Shown here in pieces: positions 27,343 to 36,465 of a DNA stretch of 64,000 nucleotides; position 1 is the first letter of the stretch, and every line of letters starts with the position of its first letter. The notes under the pieces are model-generated. The model saw only the letters and a list, made by a program, of their open reading frames with translations. It was not told the origin of the DNA and did no database searches. The DNA lies in the NCBI GenBank assembly GCA_052143835.1, contig JBKQRV010000093.1:69387-133386 (forward strand). The letters are read 5' to 3'. This DNA comes from Alphaproteobacteria bacterium (GTDB taxonomy: Bacteria > Pseudomonadota > Alphaproteobacteria > JACZXZ01). A program made the translations under genes and the position numbers.

Positions 27343-28749
27343 ATGAGCCACACGCCATTGGAGCATGCGACCGTGATGGTCGATCTGACGCCGCTTTTGC
27401 CGGGCGGCGGGAACGGCGGCGCCAAGTGGTTCGTGTTGGCACTTCTCTCCGAGATGGGAGAGAGGCGCGCCGGCTGGCGCTGGCTCCTCCTCACGACCGC
27501 CTCGAACGACGCCCTCTTGGGCGAGGCATTGCCGTCGATGGCGCGGCTCCGCGTGCTCGATGAGCACGGCCGGGCACTCCTTCGCCCCGATCCGACCGCT
27601 CTTCCCGGAGGCGGCCGCGCCGACCTGCTCTATTGCCCGTTCACGGCGCCCTTCTACGCGCGTCCCGCCATGCCGACGGTTGCCACCGTCTACGATCTGC
27701 AGTTCATCGAGTATCCGCAGTTCTTCAGCCGTGCCGAGGTCGAGGAACGGGCCGCCAATTTCTTTCGGGCCGCGAACGTGGCCGACCGCTTGGTGTGCAT
27801 TTCCGACTACGTGCGCGATCAAGTTTGCCGCGCGACCGGCCTCGACGGGAGCTGGGTGCGGCGCGTCCATATCAGCCTGCCGGACCGGCTCGGGCCCGTC
27901 GATCGCGCGGCCCTGCCTGCACTCCTTGCCCGCCATGGCCTCGCGCGTCAGCGCTATCTGATCTATCCGGCCAACACCTGGCCGCACAAGAATCACGACA
28001 TGCTGCTGACGGCCGCCGGCATGTATTTCGCGCGGCATGCTACGAGCGATCTCAAGATCGTCTGCTCCGGCGTGAGCGACGATGCGCGCGGCCGGGCGCT
28101 CAAGGCGGCCGCGAGGCGGATGGGGCTCGGCGAGCGCGTGATATTCCCGGGCTTCCTCGCCGACGGCGACCTCGCAGGCCTGCTCGCCGCCGCCCGCGCC
28201 CTCATCTTTCCGTCCTTGTTCGAGGGCTTCGGCATGCCGCTTCTCGAAGCGATGGCCCAGGGCGTCCCGGTGCTGAGCGCCAACACCACGAGCTTGCCCG
28301 AGATCGCGGGCGACGCGGCACTCCTCTTCGATCCGCGCCGGCCCGGCGATATCCTCTCTGCGATCGAGACGATCGAGGAGGAGCCGCAAGTCGCCCTGCG
28401 GTTGGCCGAAGCGGGACGCGCGCGCGCGGTGGCGTTGGGGAACGCCGCCACCATGGCCGAGGCCTATCTCGGGCTCTTCGACGACATTATCGCGGAACAG
28501 CGCCGGCTGCTTGGGCCGCTCCGCCGCCGGCTGGGCTTGGCTCGCCGCGAAGTATCGCGTGCGCTCGCAAACGACCCGCGGGGCCTCGCCCGTCAAATGC
28601 GCCTGGGGCTTTACGCACGCATCCGGCGGGAGGCCGCTTGGCTTTGGGGCCGCGTGCAGCTGGCGCGCGCCGTCCTCGGAGGCCGGCTGCCGCAGTTGCG
28701 AGCGCTTGCCCGCCGGCTGCGCCGCGCCCTTCCGGGGGCCAAGTCGTGA
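27343..28749 (+). CDS. Family 1 glycosyltransferase (GT4-like, retaining).
   Basis: The C-terminal FPSLFEGFGMPLLEAMAQGVPVLSANTTSLPEIAGD is an EX7E-type motif. ATG is at 27343 (MSHTPLE). Confidence 0.75.
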   Translation: MSHTPLEHATVMVDLTPLLPGGGNGGAKWFVLALLSEMGERRAGWRWLLLTTASNDALLGEALPSMARLRVLDEHGRALLRPDPTALPGGGRADLLYCPFTAPFYARPAMPTVATVYDLQFIEYPQFFSRAEVEERAANFFRAANVADRLVCISDYVRDQVCRATGLDGSWVRRVHISLPDRLGPVDRAALPALLARHGLARQRYLIYPANTWPHKNHDMLLTAAGMYFARHATSDLKIVCSGVSDDARGRALKAAARRMGLGERVIFPGFLADGDLAGLLAAARALIFPSLFEGFGMPLLEAMAQGVPVLSANTTSLPEIAGDAALLFDPRRPGDILSAIETIEEEPQVALRLAEAGRARAVALGNAATMAEAYLGLFDDIIAEQRRLLGPLRRRLGLARREVSRALANDPRGLARQMRLGLYARIRREAAWLWGRVQLARAVLGGRLPQLRALARRLRRALPGAKS

Positions 28750-28813
28750 GCGCTCCGCGCGGCAATCGGCGTCCGGCGGGACGTCGCCGCAGCGGGGCGA
28801 GAGTGGGCGGCGA

Positions 28814-29719
28814 ATGAGCGCCGCGATTTCCGTCATTACGCCGTCCTTCGCGCAGGCTCGCTTCATCGAGCGGACCATCCGAAGTGTCATCGATCAAGGC
28901 GTTCCCGACATCGAATATGTGGTGGTGGACGGCGGCAGCAGTGACGGCACGGTCGATATCCTGCGCCGCTACGAGGATCGGCTGCGCTTCGTCTCGGAGC
29001 GCGACGCAGGGCAGGGCGATGCCGTCAACAAGGGCCTGATGATGACGACGGGCCCGGTCATCGGCTGGCTCAATTCGGACGATATTTACTATCCCGGCGC
29101 GCTCGGCGCGGTGCTCGATTATTTCGCGCAGCACCCGGAAGTCGACGTGGTTTACGGCGACGCCCGCCATATCGACGAGAACGACGCCGTGATCGAGGAC
29201 TATCCGACCGAGCCGTGGAATCTCGCGCGCCTGGCCGAGGTATGCTATCTCTGCCAGCCCGCCGTGTTCTTTCGCCGGCGCGTCGTCGAGCGCTTCGGTC
29301 TTCTCGACCAATCGCTTTACTTCTGCATGGATTATGAATACTGGCTGCGCCTCGGCCACGGCGGCGCCCGCTTCACACATTTGCCGCGTCTCCTCGCCGG
29401 CTCGCGCTTCTATCCCGAGAACAAGACGCTCCGAGGGCGTGCCGCATTCCATGCCGAGATCAACGGCATGCTGAGGCGCCGGCTCGGCCGCGTGCCGGAC
29501 CGGTGGCTTGCCAATTATGCCCATGTCGTGGTCGAGGAGCGCGGCATCGCGCGCGACAGCGGGCCGCGCTTCGCCTTCGCGGTCAGCTGGGCGACGCTCA
29601 AGGCGGGATGGCATTGGAACCGCATGCTCAACCCCTCGCTTTTGGCGCTCACCTTGGGCTGGCTGCGCGGCGCCGTCGCCCAGACGCTGGCCTTGCGCCG
29701 GCCCGGAGCCATCCCTTGA
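28814..29719 (+). CDS. Family 2 glycosyltransferase.
   Basis: ISVITPSFAQARFIERTIRSVIDQ...VVVDGGSSDGT...NSDD is the classic GT2 N-terminal pattern. ATG is at 28814. Confidence 0.8.
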   Translation: MSAAISVITPSFAQARFIERTIRSVIDQGVPDIEYVVVDGGSSDGTVDILRRYEDRLRFVSERDAGQGDAVNKGLMMTTGPVIGWLNSDDIYYPGALGAVLDYFAQHPEVDVVYGDARHIDENDAVIEDYPTEPWNLARLAEVCYLCQPAVFFRRRVVERFGLLDQSLYFCMDYEYWLRLGHGGARFTHLPRLLAGSRFYPENKTLRGRAAFHAEINGMLRRRLGRVPDRWLANYAHVVVEERGIARDSGPRFAFAVSWATLKAGWHWNRMLNPSLLALTLGWLRGAVAQTLALRRPGAIP

Positions 29720-30894
29720 GAATCGGCTTCGACGTCAGTCAGACGGGTGCGGACAAGGCGGGCTGCGGCTTTCTCGCCGCAAATCTCGTCCGCCAGCTGC
29801 CGGCGCTCATGCCCGCGGACGAGTTCCTGCTATACCCGACCTTCGGTGACCTCTACTGGGACGAGCGCTGGCCTTCCGACACGGCCTTTCCCGAGGGCCA
29901 CAACGTGCGGCGCGGCTTCCACCATGCGGACTTCGAGGCGGCGCGCGACTTCTGGCGCTTGCCGCCCGACGATCTCGATCGGCTGCTCGGCGATCCCGAC
30001 ATCGTCCACTCCAACAACTTCTTCTGCCCCTCCGGCCTCCGCCGCGCCCGCCTCGTCTACACGCTCTACGATCTCAATTTCCTCGAGAACCCCGAGTGGA
30101 CCACCGAGGCCAACCGGATCGGCTGCTTCCAGGGCGTGTTCAATGCCAGCGTGAACGCCGACTTCATCATTGCCATCTCCGACTTCTCCCGTCGGCACTT
30201 CCTCAGCTGCTTTCCGCATTATCCGGTCGAGCGCACCGCCGTGGTCCACCTTGCGAGCCGCTTCGACGATGATTCCGCAGACGCGGCCGCGGCGGAGGCG
30301 CCCGAGCGGCTCGCCCGCCTCGGGCCCGCGGGCTTCTGGCTTACGGTCGGCACCATCGAGCCGCGCAAGAACTACGACGGCCTGCTGGAGGCCTACGCCC
30401 GCTTGAAGGCGCTGGAGAGCGTGGTGCCGCCCCTCGTGATCGCCGGCAAGAGCGGCTGGATGATGCAGCATTTCGAGGAGCGACTCGCCGAGCTCGGCCT
30501 CGCGGACGATGTGCTGAGGCTCGGCTACGTGAGCGAGACGGAGCTGCGCTGGCTCTACCGGAACTGCTTCGCCTTCGTCTACCCGAGCTTCTGGGAGGGC
30601 TTCGGCTTGCCGGTCGTGGAGGCCATGAGCCAGGGGGCGCCTGTGATCTCCTCGAACGTCAGCTCGATCCCGGAAATCCTCGATGACGCCGGCCTCCTCA
30701 TCGATCCCCGTGACGGCGAAGCCTTGCTGCGCGCGATGCGCCATCTTGCGGGCTCGTCCGCATTGCGCCGCGAGCTCGGCGCGCGCGCGCGTGCGCATGC
30801 GGCCCGCTTCTCCTGGCAGGCGGCGGCGCGCCGCGCGGCCGAGATCTATCGCGAGACGCTCGCCCGCCCGCGCTACGCGGAGAGCCCCGACTGA
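29716..30894 (+). CDS. Family 1 glycosyltransferase (GT4-like).
   Basis: YPSFWEGFGLPVVEAMSQGAPVISSNVSSIPEI is an EX7E motif. The TTG start at 29716 overlaps the upstream stop (TTGA), which suggests translational coupling. Confidence 0.7.
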   Translation: MRIGFDVSQTGADKAGCGFLAANLVRQLPALMPADEFLLYPTFGDLYWDERWPSDTAFPEGHNVRRGFHHADFEAARDFWRLPPDDLDRLLGDPDIVHSNNFFCPSGLRRARLVYTLYDLNFLENPEWTTEANRIGCFQGVFNASVNADFIIAISDFSRRHFLSCFPHYPVERTAVVHLASRFDDDSADAAAAEAPERLARLGPAGFWLTVGTIEPRKNYDGLLEAYARLKALESVVPPLVIAGKSGWMMQHFEERLAELGLADDVLRLGYVSETELRWLYRNCFAFVYPSFWEGFGLPVVEAMSQGAPVISSNVSSIPEILDDAGLLIDPRDGEALLRAMRHLAGSSALRRELGARARAHAARFSWQAAARRAAEIYRETLARPRYAESPD

Positions 30895-30945
30895 CCTCCT
30901 AGCCGCGCAATCGCCATGCATCGGGGCTATGCTTGCGCTGGAAAT

Positions 30946-32265
30946 TCAATGTGCGTGCGGCACGAGGTCGACCGTGACCTCGCAGGGAATGCGCACGGCT
31001 CCGGTGAAGGGCAGCGGCGCCTCGCCCTCGGTCACCTCGATCGGCCCCAGCCCGTCGTGGCGATCGCGCACGAAGGCCATGTTCGGGTCGGGCGTTCCCG
31101 CGAGTTCGCCGCTGTTGATCGAGAGCGTATAGAGCCCCGGCCGCACGGCGAATTGCAGGGTGAAGCGCACGATCGCCGAGCTGCCCGCCTCGAGCGGCGG
31201 CAACGGCCGGCCGAGATGAATGAAGCTCGTGGAGAAGACGAGGCCGCCCGCGCTGTCATAGAGCTCGAAGCCGACGTTGGGTTTCGCCACCCTCTCGCGG
31301 ACCGCGACGAGCGCCTCGATCACGAGGCGGTCGAGCGCTGGAACGCGCCGGCAGTCCTCGCCGGAGGTATTGGCGAGGCGTACCGCCGCGATCTCGAACG
31401 ACGACGCGCCGAGGCGCTTCCCTCGGGGGATGAGCGAGTGCGCAGAGAGCCGCTCCGCCGCGTCGGCGTCGGCGACCATGACGCGCGCCGGGGCGGGAGC
31501 GCGGGCCGTGGCGGCGGGCTCGAGCGCGCGCCCGGTCTCGACGATGTAGCGCCCGATCGCCTCGTCGGTCGAGCCGTCGAAGTCGATCGCCCCGCCGCGC
31601 AGCAGGATGGCGCGGCTGCACATGGCGCGCACGGCCGCCATGTCGTGCGAGACGAAGAGGAGCGTGGTGCCGCGGCCCACGGTCTCGCGCATGGCGCCGT
31701 AGCATTTCTGCTGGAAGAAGATGTCGCCGACCGCGAGCGCCTCGTCCACGATGAGCACGTCGGGGGCAAAGAAGAGGTAGGTCGCGAAGGCGAGACGGAT
31801 CATCATGCCCGAGGAGTAGATCTTGAAGGGGTCGTCGATGAAGGGGCCGATCTCGGCGAAGGCCAGGATGTCCGCCATGCGCGCCTCGGCGTAGCCTGCG
31901 GGAAAATCCAAGAGACGGGCGAGATTGCGCACGTTCTCGCGCCCGCTCAGCTCCGGGTGGAAGCCGGCGCCGAGCTCGAGCAGCGCGAGCGTCGAGCCGC
32001 CGATCTCGGCGCGCCCCCCGCTCGGCGTGAGCACGCCCGCGAGCAGCTTGAGGAGCGTCGTCTTGCCCGCGCCATTGAGGCCGATGATGCCGACGCTCTC
32101 GCCGCGGCGGACGCGGAAGCTCACCTTGCGAAGCGGCCAGATCTCCTGGCGGTAGCGCGAGCGCCCGCGCGTAAGCCAATCCGCCAAGCGGTGCCAGGGC
32201 TGCTCGTAGAGCGCGTAGCACTTCGACAGCCCCTCGACGACGACGGCACCCGGCCCGGCGGTCAT
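30946..32265 (-). CDS. wzt: Polysaccharide-export ABC transporter ATP-binding protein with a C-terminal glycan-binding domain (Wzt/TagH-like).
   Basis: The N-terminus carries Walker A (GLNGAGKTTLLK), the ABC signature YSSGMMIRLAF, Walker B (LIVDEAL) and an H-loop (VSHD). It has a C-terminal extension of about 170 aa, as in O-antigen Wzt proteins. Confidence 0.8.
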   Translation of the reverse strand: MTAGPGAVVVEGLSKCYALYEQPWHRLADWLTRGRSRYRQEIWPLRKVSFRVRRGESVGIIGLNGAGKTTLLKLLAGVLTPSGGRAEIGGSTLALLELGAGFHPELSGRENVRNLARLLDFPAGYAEARMADILAFAEIGPFIDDPFKIYSSGMMIRLAFATYLFFAPDVLIVDEALAVGDIFFQQKCYGAMRETVGRGTTLLFVSHDMAAVRAMCSRAILLRGGAIDFDGSTDEAIGRYIVETGRALEPAATARAPAPARVMVADADAAERLSAHSLIPRGKRLGASSFEIAAVRLANTSGEDCRRVPALDRLVIEALVAVRERVAKPNVGFELYDSAGGLVFSTSFIHLGRPLPPLEAGSSAIVRFTLQFAVRPGLYTLSINSGELAGTPDPNMAFVRDRHDGLGPIEVTEGEAPLPFTGAVRIPCEVTVDLVPHAH

Positions 32266-33167
32266 CTCGGAGGCCTCGCTTCATGGCCGAGGGCAAGGCG
32301 GCGGCGACGCGACAGACCGTGATAGAACCCGCGCCCGCGCCCGGGGTAGAGGAGGAGCGAGCGGCCGAGGCACCAGGCGGCCTCGAGCGCGCGGCCGTGA
32401 TGGTAGTAGGCGACCCCGCGCTCGTACCAGATCGTCGAGCGCAGCAGCCGTTGCGCCCGGTGCGAGTGTCGGCCCGCGGCCTGCCGGTGTATTTCCCAAA
32501 TCCGGGCCACGGAGGCGTTGACGGCTGCCACGCTCGGCCATGTCCGGCCGGCATGGATGACGGCGAGCGGCTCGCTCAGGGAAGCGATCGGCCGCTTTGC
32601 CGTGTAGCGCAGCAGCCAGTCCCAATCCTCAAGCCGCGGAATGGCCTCGTCGAACGCGCCGAACTCCTCGAAGGCGCTACGCCGCATGAGCGCGCAGGAG
32701 CCGAAGCTCACATTGCAGGCGAGAAGCAGGCGCAGATACCAGTCCTCAGGCTCGAGCAGCGGCCGCGCCTCTGCTTCCGTCCCCTGGTCGCGGCTGAGCG
32801 CATAGCCGCAAAGTGCGAGCGAGCGGCTCTCGCCGGAAGCCGCGAGGAGCGCCCGCTGCCGCTCGAGCTTGGCCGGCAGCCACTCGTCGTCGGAATCGAG
32901 AAAGGCGATCGTTTCGCCGCGGCTCTCCCGAATGCCCGTATTGCGCGCGGCGGCGGTCCCGTGATTGCGCTCGTGGCGCAAGACGCGTAGACGCGCGTCC
33001 GCGAATGGCTGAAGCGCACCCTTAAGGTCGTCGGTGGAGGCGTCGTCGACGATGACCAGCTCGAAATCACCGAAGCTCTGGTCCAGCACCGAGCGCACGG
33101 CCCTGGCGATCGACCACGCGCGATTGAATACCGGGATGACGACGCTGATCTCAGGCGGGTTATTCAT
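32262..33167 (-). CDS. Family 2 glycosyltransferase.
   Basis: ISVVIPVFNRAWSIARAVRSVLDQ...LVIVDDASTDD...LDSDD. Its stop overlaps the wzt start (ATGA). Confidence 0.8.
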   Translation of the reverse strand: MNNPPEISVVIPVFNRAWSIARAVRSVLDQSFGDFELVIVDDASTDDLKGALQPFADARLRVLRHERNHGTAAARNTGIRESRGETIAFLDSDDEWLPAKLERQRALLAASGESRSLALCGYALSRDQGTEAEARPLLEPEDWYLRLLLACNVSFGSCALMRRSAFEEFGAFDEAIPRLEDWDWLLRYTAKRPIASLSEPLAVIHAGRTWPSVAAVNASVARIWEIHRQAAGRHSHRAQRLLRSTIWYERGVAYYHHGRALEAAWCLGRSLLLYPGRGRGFYHGLSRRRRLALGHEARPPR

Positions 33168-33380
33168 GACCGGCGGCGGCGCTCCGACCTTCGCTCGGCG
33201 CATTCCGAGACAGGCTGATTTCTACCATGGTGGGGGCGAGCGCGTCCCGCGGCCCGCCGCCCCGCTCCGCACGTGCCGCGGACGGCGGCGGCCGCAGCGG
33301 CTTGCCTTCCGAGATCGTTGTAATAGCAATTATTCGCCGGTACCATCGCCTGCCGATGCTGCCTGAGGGGAGAGGATGAC

Positions 33381-34478
33381 ATGGACTTCGGCTATTTTAC
33401 GTTGAGCGACAACCACTACCCCGACAATCCGCGCAGCGCCGAGCGCTTCATCCTCGATATCCGCGAGCAGGCGCTCCTTGCCGACGAGCTCGGCATGCAC
33501 TCGGTTTGGATCGGCGAGCATCATTTCGATTCCCTCGGCGTCAATTCCTGTCCGGGCACGCTGCTTGCCAGCATCGTGCCGCTGACGAAGCGCGTCCGCT
33601 TGGCACCCGCGGTCGCCGTGCTGCCGCTTCACCATCCCCTTCGCGTCGCCGAGGAATGGGCCACGCTCGATCTCTTGAGCGGCGGGCGCGTCGACTTCGC
33701 CGCCGGGCGCGGCTATGACCGGCGCGAATACGAGCCCTTCGGGGCCAATTTCATGGCATCGATCGAGCTCTTCGCGGAAGGGGTCGACATCCTGCTCAAG
33801 GCATGGAACGAGCCTGGACCATGGTCCTACGAGGGCAAGCATTACACCATCAGGGACATGGCGATCACGCCGAAACCCGTGCAGAAGCCGATCCCCTTCT
33901 TCATCGCCTGCTTCTCGCGCTCGAGCATGGAGATCGCCGCGAGGAGGGGCCTCAACATCATTTTCGCCCCCTTCGCCGCCGCCATGACCTTCGGCGACCT
34001 TGCCAAGGCGGTCCAGGCCTACCGCGAGGAGTGCGCCAAGGAGGGTACGCGGCCCGGCAAGGCGATGTGCAGCTACTTCATCCATATCGCCGACACGGCC
34101 GCCGAGGAGGACTACGGGCGCGAGACGTTGATGAGCTACTTCCGGCATTGCGTGCTGCCCGCCTTCCCCAAGGATCCGGCCAAGGCGCCGCCGACCATGC
34201 AGTACTTCATGCGCATCGTCGAAATCCTCAAGGGCATGCGCAAGGAGGATCTGAGCGACAAATCGATCCTGCTCGGCTCGCCGCAGAAGATCATCGAGAC
34301 GCTCAAGCGGGTCGAGGCGGCCGGCATCGAAGAGGTGATCCTCTATTTCAATGTCGGCAACAAGCCGCACGCCCTGGTCAAGGAGCAGATGGCCAAATTC
34401 ATGGCGAGCGTGGCTCCCGCTTTCGCAGGGTCTCACCAACATGTTCGATCTCGCATCGTATCTGCCCTACCTGGTTAA
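33381..34478 (+). CDS. LLM-class (luciferase-like) flavin-dependent oxidoreductase.
   Basis: The N-terminus FGYFTLSDNHYP...SVWIGEHHF and the overall length are typical of F420/FMN-dependent LLM proteins. Confidence 0.7.
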   Translation: MDFGYFTLSDNHYPDNPRSAERFILDIREQALLADELGMHSVWIGEHHFDSLGVNSCPGTLLASIVPLTKRVRLAPAVAVLPLHHPLRVAEEWATLDLLSGGRVDFAAGRGYDRREYEPFGANFMASIELFAEGVDILLKAWNEPGPWSYEGKHYTIRDMAITPKPVQKPIPFFIACFSRSSMEIAARRGLNIIFAPFAAAMTFGDLAKAVQAYREECAKEGTRPGKAMCSYFIHIADTAAEEDYGRETLMSYFRHCVLPAFPKDPAKAPPTMQYFMRIVEILKGMRKEDLSDKSILLGSPQKIIETLKRVEAAGIEEVILYFNVGNKPHALVKEQMAKFMASVAPAFAGSHQHVRSRIVSALPG

Positions 34479-34905
34479 CCGCATCGGCGTCCGCCTCGCC
34501 GGCGCCTTCGGCAAGGAGCTCGCGGCCCGCGGCATAACATTGCCCATGTGGCGCGTGCTGGCCGCGTTGCGCCACAGCGGCGGCCAACGCGTGGGCCGGC
34601 TCGCCGCGGCGACCTCGATCGAGGTCTCCACCCTCTCGCGCCTCCTCGCCCGGATGGAGCGCCGCGGCCTCGTTCGCCGCGAGCGGGGGAGCGAGGACGC
34701 GCGGAGCGTCCTCGTCGAGCTCACCCAGGCGGGCGCCCGCCTCACCCAAAGGATCATCCCGCGCGCGCTTCACTACGAGGAGGTGGCACTCAGGGATTTC
34801 AACCGGGCGGATGCCGAAGCGCTCAAGGAGATGCTGGTGCGGGTCTACGACAATATCGGCGCGCTCGAGGAGGAGGGCCGGGAGAAGGCCCGGCGGAGCG
34901 CCTGA
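34441..34905 (+). CDS. MarR-family transcriptional regulator.
   Basis: The wHTH region is LPMWRVLAALRHSGGQRVGRLAAATSIEVSTLSRLLARMERRGLVRR. Its start overlaps the LLM 3' end by about 38 nt. Confidence 0.7.
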   Translation: MFDLASYLPYLVNRIGVRLAGAFGKELAARGITLPMWRVLAALRHSGGQRVGRLAAATSIEVSTLSRLLARMERRGLVRRERGSEDARSVLVELTQAGARLTQRIIPRALHYEEVALRDFNRADAEALKEMLVRVYDNIGALEEEGREKARRSA

Positions 34906-34999
34906 GCCGGCGCGGACGGCGCAGCAAAGCGGTTTCCGTGCCCGGCAAGGTCGAGTAGACTTGGCTTTCGCCGCTGCCAAGACATCAGGGAGGATAACG

Positions 35000-36166
35000 A
35001 TGAACAAGCAACTGATCGCGGCTGCCACGGCGCTCTGCCTCATCGCGGCACCCGCACTCGCGGCCGACAAGGTGAAGATCGGCTTCGTCAGCACGCTTTC
35101 GGGCCCGCAGGGCGTGATCGGCAAGCACCAGAAGGACGCGGCCGACTTGGCGCTCGAGATGCTGGGCGGCAAGATAGGAGGGCTCCCGGCCGAGATCATC
35201 TACGGCGACGACCAGTTCAAGCCGGACGTGGGCCGCCAGGTCGCCGAGGAGATGCTCAAGAAGGATAACGTCGATTTCATGACCGGCTTCATCTGGTCGA
35301 ACGTGCTGCTGGCGGCCTACCAGCCGATCATCAAATCGGGAACCATCCTGATCGGCGCCAACGCCGGGCCGCACGAGATCGCGGGCGCGATGTGCGCGCC
35401 CAATTTCTTCTCGACCTCCTGGCAGAACGACGAGACGCCCGAGGCCATGGGCAAGTACATGAGCGACCAGAAGATGACCGATGTCTATATCATGGCGCCC
35501 GACTATGCCGCCGGCAAGGACATGCTCGCGGGGTTCAAGCGTTACTTCAAGGGCAAGTTGGTCGACGAGGTCTACACCAAGCCCGGCCAGGCGGATTACC
35601 AGGCCGAGATCAGCCAGATCCGCGCGGCCAATCCGAAGGCCGTGATGGTCTTCTATCCGGGCGGCATGGGCATCCAGTTCATCAAGCAATACGCGCAATC
35701 CGGACTGCGCGAGAAGATTCCGCTCTATTCGGTGTTCTCGGTCGACGAGACCGTGTTGCCCGCCATCGGCGACGCGGCGGACGGCAATTACGAGACGGGC
35801 TTCTGGTCGCCCGACCTCAAGAACGCGCGCAACCAGGAGTTCGTCGCCGCCTTCCGCAAGAAGTACAACTACTATCCCTCCTTCTATGCGGCCGAGAGCT
35901 TCGATGCGATTGCGCTGATCGACAGCGCGGTCAAGGCGGTCAAAGGCGACCTCACCGACAAGAAGGGGCTGCTCGCGGCATTCGACAAGGCCGACTTCGC
36001 TTCCGTGCGCGGACCCTACAAGTACAACACCAACCACTTCCCGATCGAGAACTTCTACCTCTTCAAGATCGTCAAGGACGCGGAGGGGAACCACGTCCGC
36101 AAGCTCGAGAGCACCGTCTTCACCGACCACAAGGACGCTTACTACGAGGAGTGCAAGATGCAGTGA
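35000..36166 (+). CDS. ABC transporter periplasmic substrate-binding protein (LivK/LivJ-like, HAAT family).
   Basis: It has a signal peptide (MNKQLIAAATALCLIAAPALAADK). It is the first gene of a KHMGF-ordered operon, with an RBS (gggagg) upstream. Confidence 0.8.
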   Translation: MNKQLIAAATALCLIAAPALAADKVKIGFVSTLSGPQGVIGKHQKDAADLALEMLGGKIGGLPAEIIYGDDQFKPDVGRQVAEEMLKKDNVDFMTGFIWSNVLLAAYQPIIKSGTILIGANAGPHEIAGAMCAPNFFSTSWQNDETPEAMGKYMSDQKMTDVYIMAPDYAAGKDMLAGFKRYFKGKLVDEVYTKPGQADYQAEISQIRAANPKAVMVFYPGGMGIQFIKQYAQSGLREKIPLYSVFSVDETVLPAIGDAADGNYETGFWSPDLKNARNQEFVAAFRKKYNYYPSFYAAESFDAIALIDSAVKAVKGDLTDKKGLLAAFDKADFASVRGPYKYNTNHFPIENFYLFKIVKDAEGNHVRKLESTVFTDHKDAYYEECKMQ

Positions 36167-36189
36167 AGCGTGCCTCAGTGCCCACTCTC

Positions 36190-36345
36190 GAACATTCGAG
36201 CGTCACCCCCTCCCCATCGGCCGCTCCTCAACGGGCGGCCGATCCCCCCATCGAGGGGGAGGGGGAAGTTGTTGATGGCGCTCCTCTTTCCCCTCCCCCC
36301 TTGAGGGGGAGGGTAGGGAAGGGGGTGTATCACGTCTCGATGATT
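36190..36345. repeat. REP-like palindromic element (G/C-run hairpins). It belongs to the same family as 63590..63715 and carries an inner-hairpin insertion.
   Basis: Shared blocks are gagcgtcaccccctcccca ... gggggagggggaagttgttga ... cccctccccccttgagggggagggtagggaaggggg. It is intergenic between the SBP and permease genes. Confidence 0.8.
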
Positions 36346-36465
36346 CCGAGTACCAGCACGACCCTATCGCGCTTGCGCGAGAGGGTGGCCGCAAAGCGGC
36401 CGGGTGAGGGAGCGTCCCGGCTTCGCCCATTCATGCTCTAGCATGCTCTAGACAAGGTGCTGTCG

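Noticed and set aside
31256-32554. 432-aa minus-strand ORF overlapping wzt in a different frame.
   Set aside because: The Wzt frame carries the Walker A, Walker B and signature motifs. This frame does not.
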